Source of the DNA: Octopus vulgaris
Taxonomy: Eukaryota
NCBI GenBank assembly: GCA_951406725.2
Contig: OX597816.1
Span: 128,216,001-128,280,000, forward strand
DNA: 64,000 nucleotides
Direction: 5' to 3'
A program made the position numbers and the translations under genes. Under the pieces are notes generated by a model. It saw only the letters and a list, made by a program, of their open reading frames with translations. It searched no databases and was not told the DNA's origin. Shown one piece after another: positions 1 through 9,769 of this stretch (positions are counted from its first letter, which is position 1; the number at the start of each line of letters is the position of its first letter).

Positions 1-284
1 TCAATCGGGTGACTTACAACACCGTTCTTCGTCTTGAGTTGACTTGGTAGAATGCATTTGTTAACTTGACAAGGTCAGCTCTGATTGGCTGTGTGCAAAT
101 GAATTCAATACTGGGGTCTGGAATTGTGGGAAAAAAATTTTGCAACTTGGCAACCTTTTTAAAAACGTTCACAACACCAATATGTTATTGTTTTGCTACT
201 GTTAACTCCATTCTTTTCGTATCTATGGTTCTCTTCATCGCAAAGCTTATGTCTGTTCTTCTCTGATGTTATAAATGTTGCCAT
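1..284 (-). pseudogene. Degenerate FLYWCH zinc-finger N-terminus of a MULE-type transposase
   Basis: Manual translation from ATG at 284 gives MATFITSEKNRHKLCDEENHRYEKNGVNSSKTITYWCCERF*KGCQ, matching the FLYWCH pattern F..S.K...L....Y....YW.C.....C. There is a premature TAA at 161-159. Confidence 0.6.
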
Positions 285-329
285 GGTTGAGGGTTTCAAA
301 GTTCAAAGTTAAACTGAATAGGAAAAAAA

Positions 330-1043
330 ATATCTTTTCCTTTCGAACAGCAGTTTTCAACACAATTTCTAGTTAACTAAACACTTTTAAACTTCGTATA
401 CTGGTAGAATGTGTCAAAATAAAACATTTTTTTCTCTTGGCTTTCTTGAGAAAATTGTAATTTGTAAGTTTAATTTTTCGAATTTTAATCAATCAATCGC
501 CTCAATTGAGCTAAAATCATTTGCTGCCTCTAAAACCGAGACAACATCCTGTCACTAACCCTAACCCTAAATTTTAGCCTTTCGTTTTTTTTTCTTAATT
601 GTTAAATTAATTTAATTGTTACGCGTGTCTAAAATTCGTTTTGTTTTTTGTTTTGAGATATACGTGTATTGTTTAAACTATTTTCCATTGCTTTAGAAAA
701 AAAAACCCGAAAGCAATGGAAAATAATTTAAACAATTAACAAACAAAATAATTCTATAATTTTATACACACGCTTTCTGTACGTAAACATTCCGTACGTA
801 AACATAAGTGACAGGATGTTGTCTCAGTTTTAGACGCAGCAAATGATTTTAGCTCAATAGAGGCGATTGATTGGTTAAAATTCGAAAAATTAAACTTCGT
901 TAAACTTACAAATTACAATTTTCTCAAGAAAGCCAAGAGAAAAAAATGTTTTATTTTGACACATTCTACCAGTATACGAAGTTTAAAAGTGTTTAGTTAA
1001 CTAGAAATTGTGTTGAAAACTGCCGTTCAAAAGGAAAAGATCC
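330..1043. mobile_element. Fold-back non-autonomous DNA transposon with ~225-235 bp inverted arms
   Basis: 332-556 is the near-perfect reverse complement of 807-1041. There is an inner hairpin at about 669-737 and a candidate 9-bp TSD GGAAAAAAA (321-329 / 1044-1052). Confidence 0.8.
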
Positions 1044-1460
1044 GGAAAAAAATTGGCAGTACGGTGAAATTCAGTTAAAGAATTAGTAACAATGGCATAA
1101 ACCTATACTTTAACTAATGTCTAATTAGTTGAGAAGTGTGTAACAAAGGCGTGTGTAATTAGATTTCTATAGACTGTTTAATGTAGTTGAATTTCCCTTA
1201 GTGGAATATACCTAGCGTGAAATTTTACCGTAGTGGAATTTACCAGTCACGTTAACTGCTTAGTCTGGTCTGCATAGGCATGGACATATGCTGTCCTTAA
1301 CACCAAAATGTATTTTGTATAATGTGATAATTGTCATTGGTAATACACAGCTATGGGAAAGCAGACTAGGAGACAGCATTGTTAAAGAGAGAATGGCCAC
1401 TTTAATATGTTTCCATACCTTTACTTCTTCAACAAGTTGTATATAAATATATATATATTA

Positions 1461-1804
1461 TTACGGCACTCCATTGGTTACGACGACGAGGGTTCCAGTT
1501 GATCCAATCAACGGAACAGCCTGCTTGTGAAATTAACGTGCATGTGGCTGAGCACTCCAAAGACGTGTACCCTTTACGTAGTTCTCGGGGAGATTCAGCG
1601 TGACAGGGTGTGACAAAGCTGGCCCTTTAAAATACAGGTACAACAGAAACAGGAAGAAAGAGAGAGAGAAAGTTGTGGTGAAAGAGTACAGCAGGGTTCG
1701 CCACCAACCCCTGCTGGAGCCTCGTGGAGCTTTATATGTTTTCGCTCAATAAACACTCACAACGCCTGGTCTGGGAATCGAAACCGCGATCCTGACTGCG
1801 AGTC
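1461..1804 (-). mobile_element. tRNA-derived SINE
   Basis: The minus strand has a B-box-like GGTTTCGATTCCC head near 1773-1785 and a GC-rich body. It lies between TA repeats. Confidence 0.65.
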
Positions 1805-2033
1805 TGGGCATATATATATATATATATGAGTGTGTGTGTATACAATAAATGAATTGAATTGAAAAAATGTCCGGTATTGTGTATGTGATAATTTAAAGTT
1901 TCCACGGTGTAAAGCAGAAATAATATATTAATTATAAGATAAGTTCATAGTTGTTACAAGCAGAAAACGTGAGAACACAAGGCAGTTCTATGTAGCAGCT
2001 GAAGTCACACTCACTTCGTAACTTCTAGGAAGC

Positions 2034-2051
2034 TTTGGCAGAACTATTTTG
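2034..2051. repeat. Left target-site duplication of the Tx1 element
   Basis: TTTGGCAGAACTATTTTG, identical to 7319-7336. Confidence 0.95.
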
Positions 2052-2308
2052 TATTTCTTTATTATGATTATACAATCGTTACATAGAAGGACAAATACAA
2101 TACATACATGTAAAAAACAGTTAAGAGGTTCGATTTAAAAATTTTTCATAACATTTAGATTATTCATTATAAAAATCGTCTGTAAATTGTCCTTTACGTG
2201 ACTAATAAAATATTGTAACATTTACATAAACTTTCGATCTTACCGAAGTTATAAACCCCGGCAATTTATGAGGCCCCGCAGCTTTTGTTTTCTCTCCTCC
2301 CTCCATAG

Positions 2309-4321
2309 TTAAGCTGGGTTTCTGACGCCCACCTTTTTTTCCACTTCCTTCCATCTTTTCTCATACACACCCCGTGATAAGATCCTCTTTTCCAGCCCCA
2401 TTTTGCTCTTCAGATGATATCTGAAGTAAGTGAGCAAGCCGGGGCCCGAGACAAAGGATCCTATCGCGACTCCTTCCATTCTTGTTCGCCACATACACTC
2501 TTTTGCTACTGCAACCGTGCAGTGAAAACATGCCTCACCTTCCTTCGAGAGTCCAGTTGGCGGTATCATCTTGATCATAGACTCAGCCGACAGCTGTACT
2601 CGTCCCAGATGCGATAACACGTGTTCTGCGTAACTTATCAAGTCGGACAACTTCCGACAGTGTACAAATGCGTGCTGGACGGTTTCATCGTCCAACTCGC
2701 ACCTTGGACACGTCGGTGGCACCGGAATTCCGTGCCGCGATAACTTCTCGCGAACAGGTAAAGCATTCCTATAGCACTGCCAGGCCAGGGATCTTTGGAA
2801 ATTATCCAAATACCCCGTCCTGAAAGTCTTTTTAAACAGGTTGATAAGCTGGTCTTCGTCAAACCCCAGAGCCCCTCCAAGGACGTCGTCGTTTTTTACC
2901 TCTACCAGCCTTCTATAAAATACCGAGGTGGTATTTCCGCAGCCGGCCTTGCCCGCCTTGTGGATCAGCGTGAGTGCCTGTCGGCACTCCTTTTGCCATG
3001 AAGTCAGTTTCCATCTTCTGATGAGACCGGGTTTAAAATTCACTAAGGAGGCCGGACTCGGGAAAAATCCCCCTGCCAGCGGACTCCACACCTTATCACC
3101 CTCCAGGTGGTGCCAGAGATGCTTCAGCCTCAACGCATGTCTGCGCATCATCAACCAAGGCATTCCTAACCCACCCTTCAACGGTTCCTGGCAGCAAACG
3201 GAGCGCCTCACAAGTGGCTTTCCTCCCTTCCACAAAAAGCGGAAAAGGATTCGTTCCAACTTGCTAAGCCATGAGTCGGGGCAAGGGACAACGGTCAGGC
3301 GGTAAGTGATTACAGATGCAATGAACATCTGCACCACCTCCGCCCTTCCTTTCAAGGACAGAAACCTTCCGGACCAGGTCCGTACTATGGCCTCTACCTT
3401 GCTCGTCACTTCACTCCAGTTCCTCTCCGTTTGGGAGTCTGGCCCAAACCAAACTCCTAGCAACTTAACAGGGCCATCCGTCCAGTGTCCCACGACACTG
3501 GACGATATCGTCTTGCTCCTCCAGGTGCCGAGGTGCAAGCCAACCGACTTGTCCTTGTTAACCTTTGCTCCTGCCACCGCCTCGTATCCTCTGATAGCCT
3601 CCTCCACACAAGGTAGCTGGGCCTCATTGGACACGATGAGGGTGACGTCATCCGCATAAGCAGTAACCGTCCTCCCACCTCCGATCTCATCCGAGTTGCT
3701 TCCCAGTCTCTCCAACCTTCGCAGCAATGGCTCAAGAGCCAATACGTACAAAAGTGGTGACAAGGGGCACCCTTGACGAACTGAACATCCGATCGAAAAC
3801 GGTTCCGTTAGGTAACCGTTTATCTGGACGGTGGACTTGATGCCGCTATACATAGCGGAGATCCACCCGCGAAATTCAGGGCCCAGTCCAGCCGCTTCGA
3901 GGGCCGCCGCCAGGTACCCATGGTCTACCCTATCGAACGCTTTACTTTGGTCTAAATGGACCATCACCCCTCCCTTGCCGGTTAATTTACCCACCCTATC
4001 TAAGGTGTAGCGTATAAGGTGAAGGTTGTCCTGGATCGACCTGCCTGGAATTGCACATGTCTGTGTTCTCCCTACAAGTTTCTCCACGGCAACCGTCAAC
4101 CTTTTTGCCAACACCTTGGCCAGAATCTTTAACTCTACATTAAGTAGAGTTATGGGCCTGTAGTTGCTCGGGTCTTTCTGGATTAGCGTCACCACTCCCC
4201 GGCTTACAGAACTGGGAATCCTCCCGTTCTGCTGCCAGTTCGTGTAGACGCCTGCCAATATTCCCCCGAACAAGTCCGGCATACTTTGGTAAAACTCGTA
4301 GGGCAGACCATCCAACCCCGG
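2309..4321 (-). pseudogene. ORF2 C-terminal part: reverse transcriptase and CCHC zinc finger, frameshifted from the endonuclease part
   Basis: Motifs (PGL)DGLPYEFY, NYRPITLLN, LDQSKAFDRVDH, RQGCPLSPLLY, AYADD, KLLGVWF, GGLG and CPRC..DETVQHAFVHC. The listed 'M' at 4315 is a TTG inside PGLDG. Confidence 0.92.
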
Positions 4322-5666
4322 CGCATCCGGCCAGCATCCCCTCTATCTCCGCGGGAGTGATCGCTTCTTCACAGCACTCCACCTCACGCCCCGAGAGCCG
4401 CGGCCCGCCGGCCAGGAAGTCCTTTAAGGCCCTCCCGCGCTCCGGCGCCACACCACCCCCGAACACGCGGGCGAAATGCTGGTGAAGAAACTTTTGCATC
4501 TCCTCCTGTCCATAGATCTTTTGTCCCTGTTCGTCAGTTAAAGACTGGATTGAGGCTTTGTTACCTCTCTGACTCTCCACTCGACGGGCCCATCCGGCAA
4601 CGTTAATACCTTCTCGTTTCCCAGCGCGTAGCTTAGCTCTGACTCTGCAACCTTCGTGTTTGGAGTTAAGGTGACGGTACAATACCGTCCTTGCCGCCAA
4701 CACTCCGGATGCAGAGCCAGCTTCCATTGCCTCGTTTAGATTCTTAACTAACTCGTCCTCTATCCTAGACCTATCTATCCTTAGCTGATTGCTAAATCTG
4801 ATGGACTCTGAACGAATGGCTCTTTTGAGGGAGTGCCACCATCTATTGTTAATGATGGTGCCACACAATGCCCTCTGTACTAACACCTTAATCCGGGTAC
4901 GGAAGTCTTCACAATTCAAAATAGCCTTGTTCAGCTTCCAGTACCCGGGTCCCTGTCTATGACATTTGTCTAATTGCATCCTACACGTCACAAATTTGTG
5001 ATCCGTGTAAGGCACAATGTGAAATTGTGGACAACTAAACGTATCCTTATCTCTTTTCTTAATAAATATCCTATCTAGATACGATCTGTGTGAGCCGTCG
5101 TTGTTACTCCACGTCCACTGTGGAACGCTCGGCTCATCCAGTCGGTAACGGTCCACTAGATCAAAGCTCTCTAGTAGACCCTTGAGGCTAGGGTTCCCCT
5201 TCCTATTGGTTGAGCCAACACTGTCGACCCGCGCTTCAAGGACAGTGTTAAAGTCCCCTACTAGGATTACCGTTTTCGACGTCGCTAAAAAGGGCTCCAG
5301 GTTCCGAAAGAAACCCGTCTGTTTACTCTCGTTCGGAGCGTAGACAGCTACCAACCTGAAGGACTGTTTACTTACGTGGGTCACATCCAGAACAACCAGC
5401 CTGCCTTCTGGGTCCAGAAAGACAGTACTTACCTGCAAGTCCAAGCTCTTCCTGATAAGGACTGCCACGCCTCTGCCTCTTCCTCGGCTAGGAGAAATAA
5501 ATTTCTCGAACCCATTTAGAAGAGGCGAGAACGCTTGGGCCTCGTTCATCTTGGACTCGGTTGCAATAGTTATGTCTACTCCGTGTGTCGTGAGGTCGTT
5601 CAGGAAACAAATTTGTTTCCGTTTCGACCCCATTCCACGTACATTCACACAACCCAGCTTAGCCAT
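4322..5666 (-). pseudogene. ORF2 N-terminal part: apurinic-like endonuclease and linker
   Basis: MAKLGCVNVRG, ATE, GVAVL, VYAPN, GDFN, SYLDRIF, TDH and GPGYWKLN (typical of L1/Tx1). Likely ATG at 5666, with an alternative in-frame ATG at 5714 overlapping the end of ORF1. Confidence 0.92.
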
Positions 5667-5692
5667 TGTTGGTGAGAGAAAAAGAGATGAAC

Positions 5693-7123
5693 TTACGATT
5701 GGGAAAGGGAGCATGACAGTTTTAATCTGCCCGCTTCCCCTTCTTCCTCCCTTGTGGTCGTGGCTGCAGGGCTCTTAACCGGCGTTGCCACCGGGCTCTG
5801 GGTAGGTGTGGTTGCCGGGGTTATGACGAGTTTGCCCTCCAGAACTTCTTTTGTCACATCTCTAATCAGTCTATTCTTTAGATGTTCTTGAAGAACTTCC
5901 TCCTTCCACTCGTCTTCCTTTATTTTCGCGAAGCGAGTGGTTGCTTTTATGTCTGTGGCCTTGCTATATAATTTAAATTTTGAAAATTTATAGTATTTAT
6001 ATACCCTTTCATTTTTCTCATCAAAAGCGATGATCTTATTCTTTTTTAAAGACTTTTTCACATCTTGTTTTATGGGGAGGGGCTTGGCGAACTGTTTCCC
6101 AATGAAAACAGTGCCATGGGGGTAGGGCTGGGGGATTTGTTTCATGTGTGTGTCTGCGGTGCTTGCTGGTTTTTTCCTTGTTTGGGGAGGGGAGTCCAGG
6201 GTGTTGTCTTTTTTTCTTTTGTGTGTTACCTGTGTGTAGTCCATGTGTTCGGTACAATCCGTTGCTGTTTCTATACTTGTCGTCGTCTTGTTATCCTTTT
6301 CTGCCTTCTCCCCTTCAGTGATTGAAGCACTTTGAGGAGGGGCTTCATTGGTTTTCTTCTTTTTTATGCAGTTCGAGCAGACGTGACCCTTCTCTTCACA
6401 TTTAAAACATCTCGGTCTGCGTCCCTCTACTGATACTCTCATTGATGTTCCATCTTCGTTGAATATCCTATCGGGTAGGTTCTCTAATATCTTGTTTTCC
6501 GCTTGGACGAGGAGCTCCAGCGTCTGTCCCTTCCAGCGTACCTCCTCTTTCCTTCTCATCTGCAGAATCGAGATTTCCCGCTCTATATTATGCAGGACCG
6601 CTGCTGCTACCCACATTATATCGTATCCTCTCGGTATGTCCTCTACCAGCAGTTTCGCTGTTCTTTTTCCCATGTATGAGGGTAGCAGCATGATCTCATC
6701 ATTTTTCAGGGTCAACGATGATACCTCTCTTGCTATCTCAGCCGAGTCAAAATGTACCTCAACAGTAGCGCTACGAGCGCCTCGGACGACATGGCGAATT
6801 TTGTCCCACACCGGGGACAAGCACTTTTCAACCAATTCGTTTCTAACGTCCATAATTTTCTTTTCTTTGTAGCTATACACTTTATATATGACTGTTTTCT
6901 CCTTTATTTCTTGTACCTTCGCCTGCGGCGGCACAAGTTTGGCTTCGTTTCCTTCCATTTTTACCAGGTTCCTGAATTCGAACAGTTGTTCGATCTTGAA
7001 TTCAACGTCCATCATAGTTCCGCCTACCGCGGCCGAAAAGGACTGTTTGGTTACTTCCGTTTCCTTTAATTCACTTGTTCCCATCGCGGGGAAGTCATTC
7101 TTCGACGCCAAGTCGAAATCCAT
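5693..7123 (-). CDS. Tx1 ORF1 gag-like nucleic-acid-binding protein
   Basis: Intact ORF of about 476 aa from the first ATG (7123, MDFDLASK). It has the zinc knuckle CFKCEEKGHVCSNC, a basic C-terminal half and a T/P-rich tail, and lies directly upstream of ORF2. Confidence 0.88.
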   Translation of the reverse strand: MDFDLASKNDFPAMGTSELKETEVTKQSFSAAVGGTMMDVEFKIEQLFEFRNLVKMEGNEAKLVPPQAKVQEIKEKTVIYKVYSYKEKKIMDVRNELVEKCLSPVWDKIRHVVRGARSATVEVHFDSAEIAREVSSLTLKNDEIMLLPSYMGKRTAKLLVEDIPRGYDIMWVAAAVLHNIEREISILQMRRKEEVRWKGQTLELLVQAENKILENLPDRIFNEDGTSMRVSVEGRRPRCFKCEEKGHVCSNCIKKKKTNEAPPQSASITEGEKAEKDNKTTTSIETATDCTEHMDYTQVTHKRKKDNTLDSPPQTRKKPASTADTHMKQIPQPYPHGTVFIGKQFAKPLPIKQDVKKSLKKNKIIAFDEKNERVYKYYKFSKFKLYSKATDIKATTRFAKIKEDEWKEEVLQEHLKNRLIRDVTKEVLEGKLVITPATTPTQSPVATPVKSPAATTTREEEGEAGRLKLSCSLSQS

Positions 7124-7318
7124 CCCTAAAGAGTGTTTCAAAAATTACCTCGAAGGTAATAACAATTTTAAATACAGAATTTTCTGCCCCGTAGGGCGAA
7201 AATTACCGTTACACAACGGGCACTGTTCAAATAACAGTTAACACAAACAACGATAAGCAAAAAATCCGAACTCTCTCAACAAAGGCAGCAATCTCTCAAA
7301 ACGCAGATGAAAAAGCAA

Positions 7319-7336
7319 TTTGGCAGAACTATTTTG
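7319..7336. repeat. Right target-site duplication of the Tx1 element
   Basis: TTTGGCAGAACTATTTTG, identical to 2034-2051. Confidence 0.95.
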
Positions 7337-8396
7337 CAGAAGTTCCACATGACTTTCTTTTAAGTATAACACTTTATTGGTAGCAGCCAATGATAACTGG
7401 TCAAACTATATTTACATAAGCATTCATACCTTTGTATGGTAAAACAATTATTCATACCTGGTCTTGCCTTTTATGGAAATATTGTTAGGCTGTGATTCTA
7501 AACCAGGAAGCTGAGCAAGATGGTTCGAATCTAAGTAAAAGCTTTGCGACAAAGTTTTTAAATAAAGACAGTAATTATCATTTTCACATTTGCCATACAC
7601 GTTTTCATAGATTCTCCTCCAAGACTAAAAGGTCAATAAAATACTTGGCAATTCCACAGCATATATATTAAATTATACTAGTAGTATCCCTAACAAGAGA
7701 TAATTTGGCATCATGAGATATTCTATAAATAGCAGCCAAAAAATGGGAATATAATCCTGAAGACAGAGGAACATCATTGTGTTTTGGTCTACTTTATAAG
7801 AGCTGGTCTTAGGTTAAACAATGATGACAATTAGTTGTACGTGTGTGTGTGTGTATACACACACACACACATAAATATAGTTGAAATTTACAGAAAAACA
7901 AAAGACAAAGACTGGTATCTGATACACACACACTATATATATATATATAAAATGAGAAATACACATTGTGTACAGTGCATCACCAGCGAGTAAAAGATAC
8001 GTAAACACACGAGAGAAAAGTACAGGACAAAATACCAAAGGAAGATAATTCCTCATCAGTTGTCGGACTGTTTATTACTTCTATTTCATGCTTTTAACGA
8101 CAATTTAGGGAAACTTCATGAGAGAGCAGCATCCAGAAATTTTATAAATATAAAATTCCTGAAGAGTTTGAGCTTTGAACGAACAAACAACGACAGAATG
8201 GACGTACAGGGTAAACAATCAACGAAGACAAACATTAAGGGCCGTTAGGTCAAGACGTTGTGACGAGTAACACCTGGGCGAAGTTCTTACAGCTACACAC
8301 ACATACATACATACATACAAATATATATATATATATGCAATGGTTTTTGGTAAACAACATCGATTTTTACAATTCTGTAAATAATAACAATAGTAT

Positions 8397-8587
8397 TTAT
8401 AAGCTTAAAGCGTATAAGCGATCACCGTGCAATGGCTAAAGAAAATAATCTAATAATGGGGCATATATGGCCTCGACGGGGAAAAAGTAGATTTTTCCCA
8501 TATGCATGAGATGTGTAAAAAGTTAGCACACTTATCATGGGCTTATATGCCCCATTGTTAGAGATCACGTATAAGCTCTAAGCTTAT
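8397..8587. repeat. Short imperfect fold-back element
   Basis: AAGCTTAAAGCGTATAAGCGATC pairs with GATCACGTATAAGCTCTAAGCTT, and TCTAATAATGGGGCATATA pairs with TATATGCCCCATTGTTAGA. There is an inner GGGAAAAA/TTTTTCCC stem. Confidence 0.7.
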
Positions 8588-8598
8588 GTATATATGTG

Positions 8599-8640
<42 letters not shown>

Positions 8641-8643
<3 letters not shown>

Positions 8644-8974
8644 TCAAACATATAAGGGACGGCCATACTAGGACATCCGTGGTGGATTTTGAAAATTTAT
8701 AGCATATAGACTCGAGGCATGTTTATCATCACCTCGTGGATATATGTTAGTCCTTGGCTTTTCTGCTGACGAGGCAACGCCAGTGGTAAATGAATTAATT
8801 AAATTAATTTATTTACCTAAGATTGCCGAAACTATGCATAGTCCAGAAAGGAAAGGGTAAACGTTTTTATTTCTTTTTCCATTTCAGAATTACAACTATT
8901 AGTGGTTTGGAGTTTGGCTGCTCTTTCTAGTGAGTCGGATGTCCTTTTATGGCCGTCCCTTATATGTTTGAATG
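8641..8974. mobile_element. 334-bp element with 39-bp terminal inverted repeats, at a (TA)n tract, carrying a hammerhead ribozyme
   Basis: 8641-8679 matches the reverse complement of 8936-8974 at 37 of 39 positions. TA repeats flank both sides. Confidence 0.85.
8758..8851 (+). ncRNA. Type I hammerhead ribozyme with canonical core
   Basis: Stem I CTTTTCTG/CAGAAAGG, core CTGACGA, stem II GGCAA/TTGCC with a long AU extension, GAAA, palindromic stem III ACTATGCATAGT, and a GUC site (predicted cleavage after 8843). Confidence 0.85.
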
Positions 8975-9094
8975 TATATTATATAGTCTATTGACTTTTT
9001 TTTTTCTCACTTGACCGATGGTAGCGGAGAACTCTTCTAGAATTTTTTGCTACCCTAAAATTTATTAATTAATATATATATATATCTTTTATTT

Positions 9095-9487
9095 TTTCTG
9101 TTACTTGTTCTAGTCATTTTAGAAGTGCACCAGCATGGGCTGTGACTATGCTGGAGCACTGCTTTGAAGGGCTTCATTGAACAAATCAACTTCAGTACAT
9201 ATTTTTAGGTCTAACTCTTATTCTATCAGTATCTTTAGTTGAACCTCTAAATCATGGGGTTGCCAAATGGTGATGGGGAACAAACAAAAAGACACACACA
9301 CACACACACACATGCACACACACACACGCAACAGGCTTCTTTCTGTTTCCATCTCCCAAATCCACTAACAAAGCTTGAGTTATCTTGGGGCTATAGTGGG
9401 AAACACTTGCCCAATGTGCCATGCAGTGGGATTGAACCTGGGACTATAGTTGGGAAGCAAGCTTCTTACCACACAGCCATGCCTGCA
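9095..9487 (-). mobile_element. tRNA-derived SINE, family A (head GGCATGGCTGTGTGGTAAGAAG...GGTTCA.TCCCACTG), with internal (CA)n and tail
   Basis: A/B-box-like head. Homologous to copies near 10285, 19225, 19757, 31489, 39160, 46660, 58157, 58985 and 61395. Confidence 0.8.
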
Positions 9488-9769
9488 CATACACATACTG
9501 GTATGGCCATGTAATGCATATGGACAAGAACAGCTACATACACACACACACATACTTGCAATGCATCCCGGTGTTGCCCAGGTGTTATGACCTATAGCCA
9601 TATTGTATTATTTGTTCCTTTATGGGCAGAATCAGCACAGCTGATATATAGTGAACTGGATTACTGGCATAATGGAAGTTATTGTTTGTTTAAAAGGAAA
9701 GAGGAGAGGGTACAATCTGCATGGGTTTGCATGAAAGTGCTTTCTGTTCTTAAGAAGGATCACCATATG

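Larger units (their letters stand above)
1..1250 (-). mobile_element. 5' part of a decayed Mutator-like (MULE) DNA transposon, running off the window start
   Basis: The minus strand starts at about 1250 with GTGACTGGTAAATTCCACTACGGTAAAATTTCAC, a terminus built of repeated motifs like many MULE TIRs. It leads to a FLYWCH-like ORF start at 284 and is interrupted by the fold-back at 330-1043. Confidence 0.55.
2052..7318 (-). mobile_element. Full-length L1-Tx1-type non-LTR retrotransposon (~5.27 kb)
   Basis: Perfect 18-bp TSD, about 195 nt 5' UTR, ORF1 with a CCHC knuckle, ORF2 with APE, RT and C-terminal CCHC, 257 nt 3' UTR, AATAAA at 2063-2058. Much higher GC and CpG content than the flanks. 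Confidence 0.93.

Noticed and set aside
555-570. True or healed telomere
   Set aside because: Fewer than three TTAGGG units, internal to a fold-back element.
2034-2051. Tx1 TSD resembles the SINE head/target TGGCAGAATTATTTG
   Set aside because: The match is short, in the opposite orientation relative to the inserted elements, and the flanks are not SINE-like. Likely chance.
4310-4330. Programmed ribosomal frameshift in ORF2
   Set aside because: There is no X XXY YYZ slippery heptamer, and conserved residues appear to be missing, which favours a deletion.
2414-7241. Plus-strand and alternative-frame ORFs overlapping the Tx1 element
   Set aside because: These are antisense or off-frame shadows of GC-richer coding sequence, with no recognisable motifs.
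8040-8145. Minus-strand CTGATGAG and CTCATGAAG...GAAA as another hammerhead
   Set aside because: I could not build convincing stems I-III around either core.
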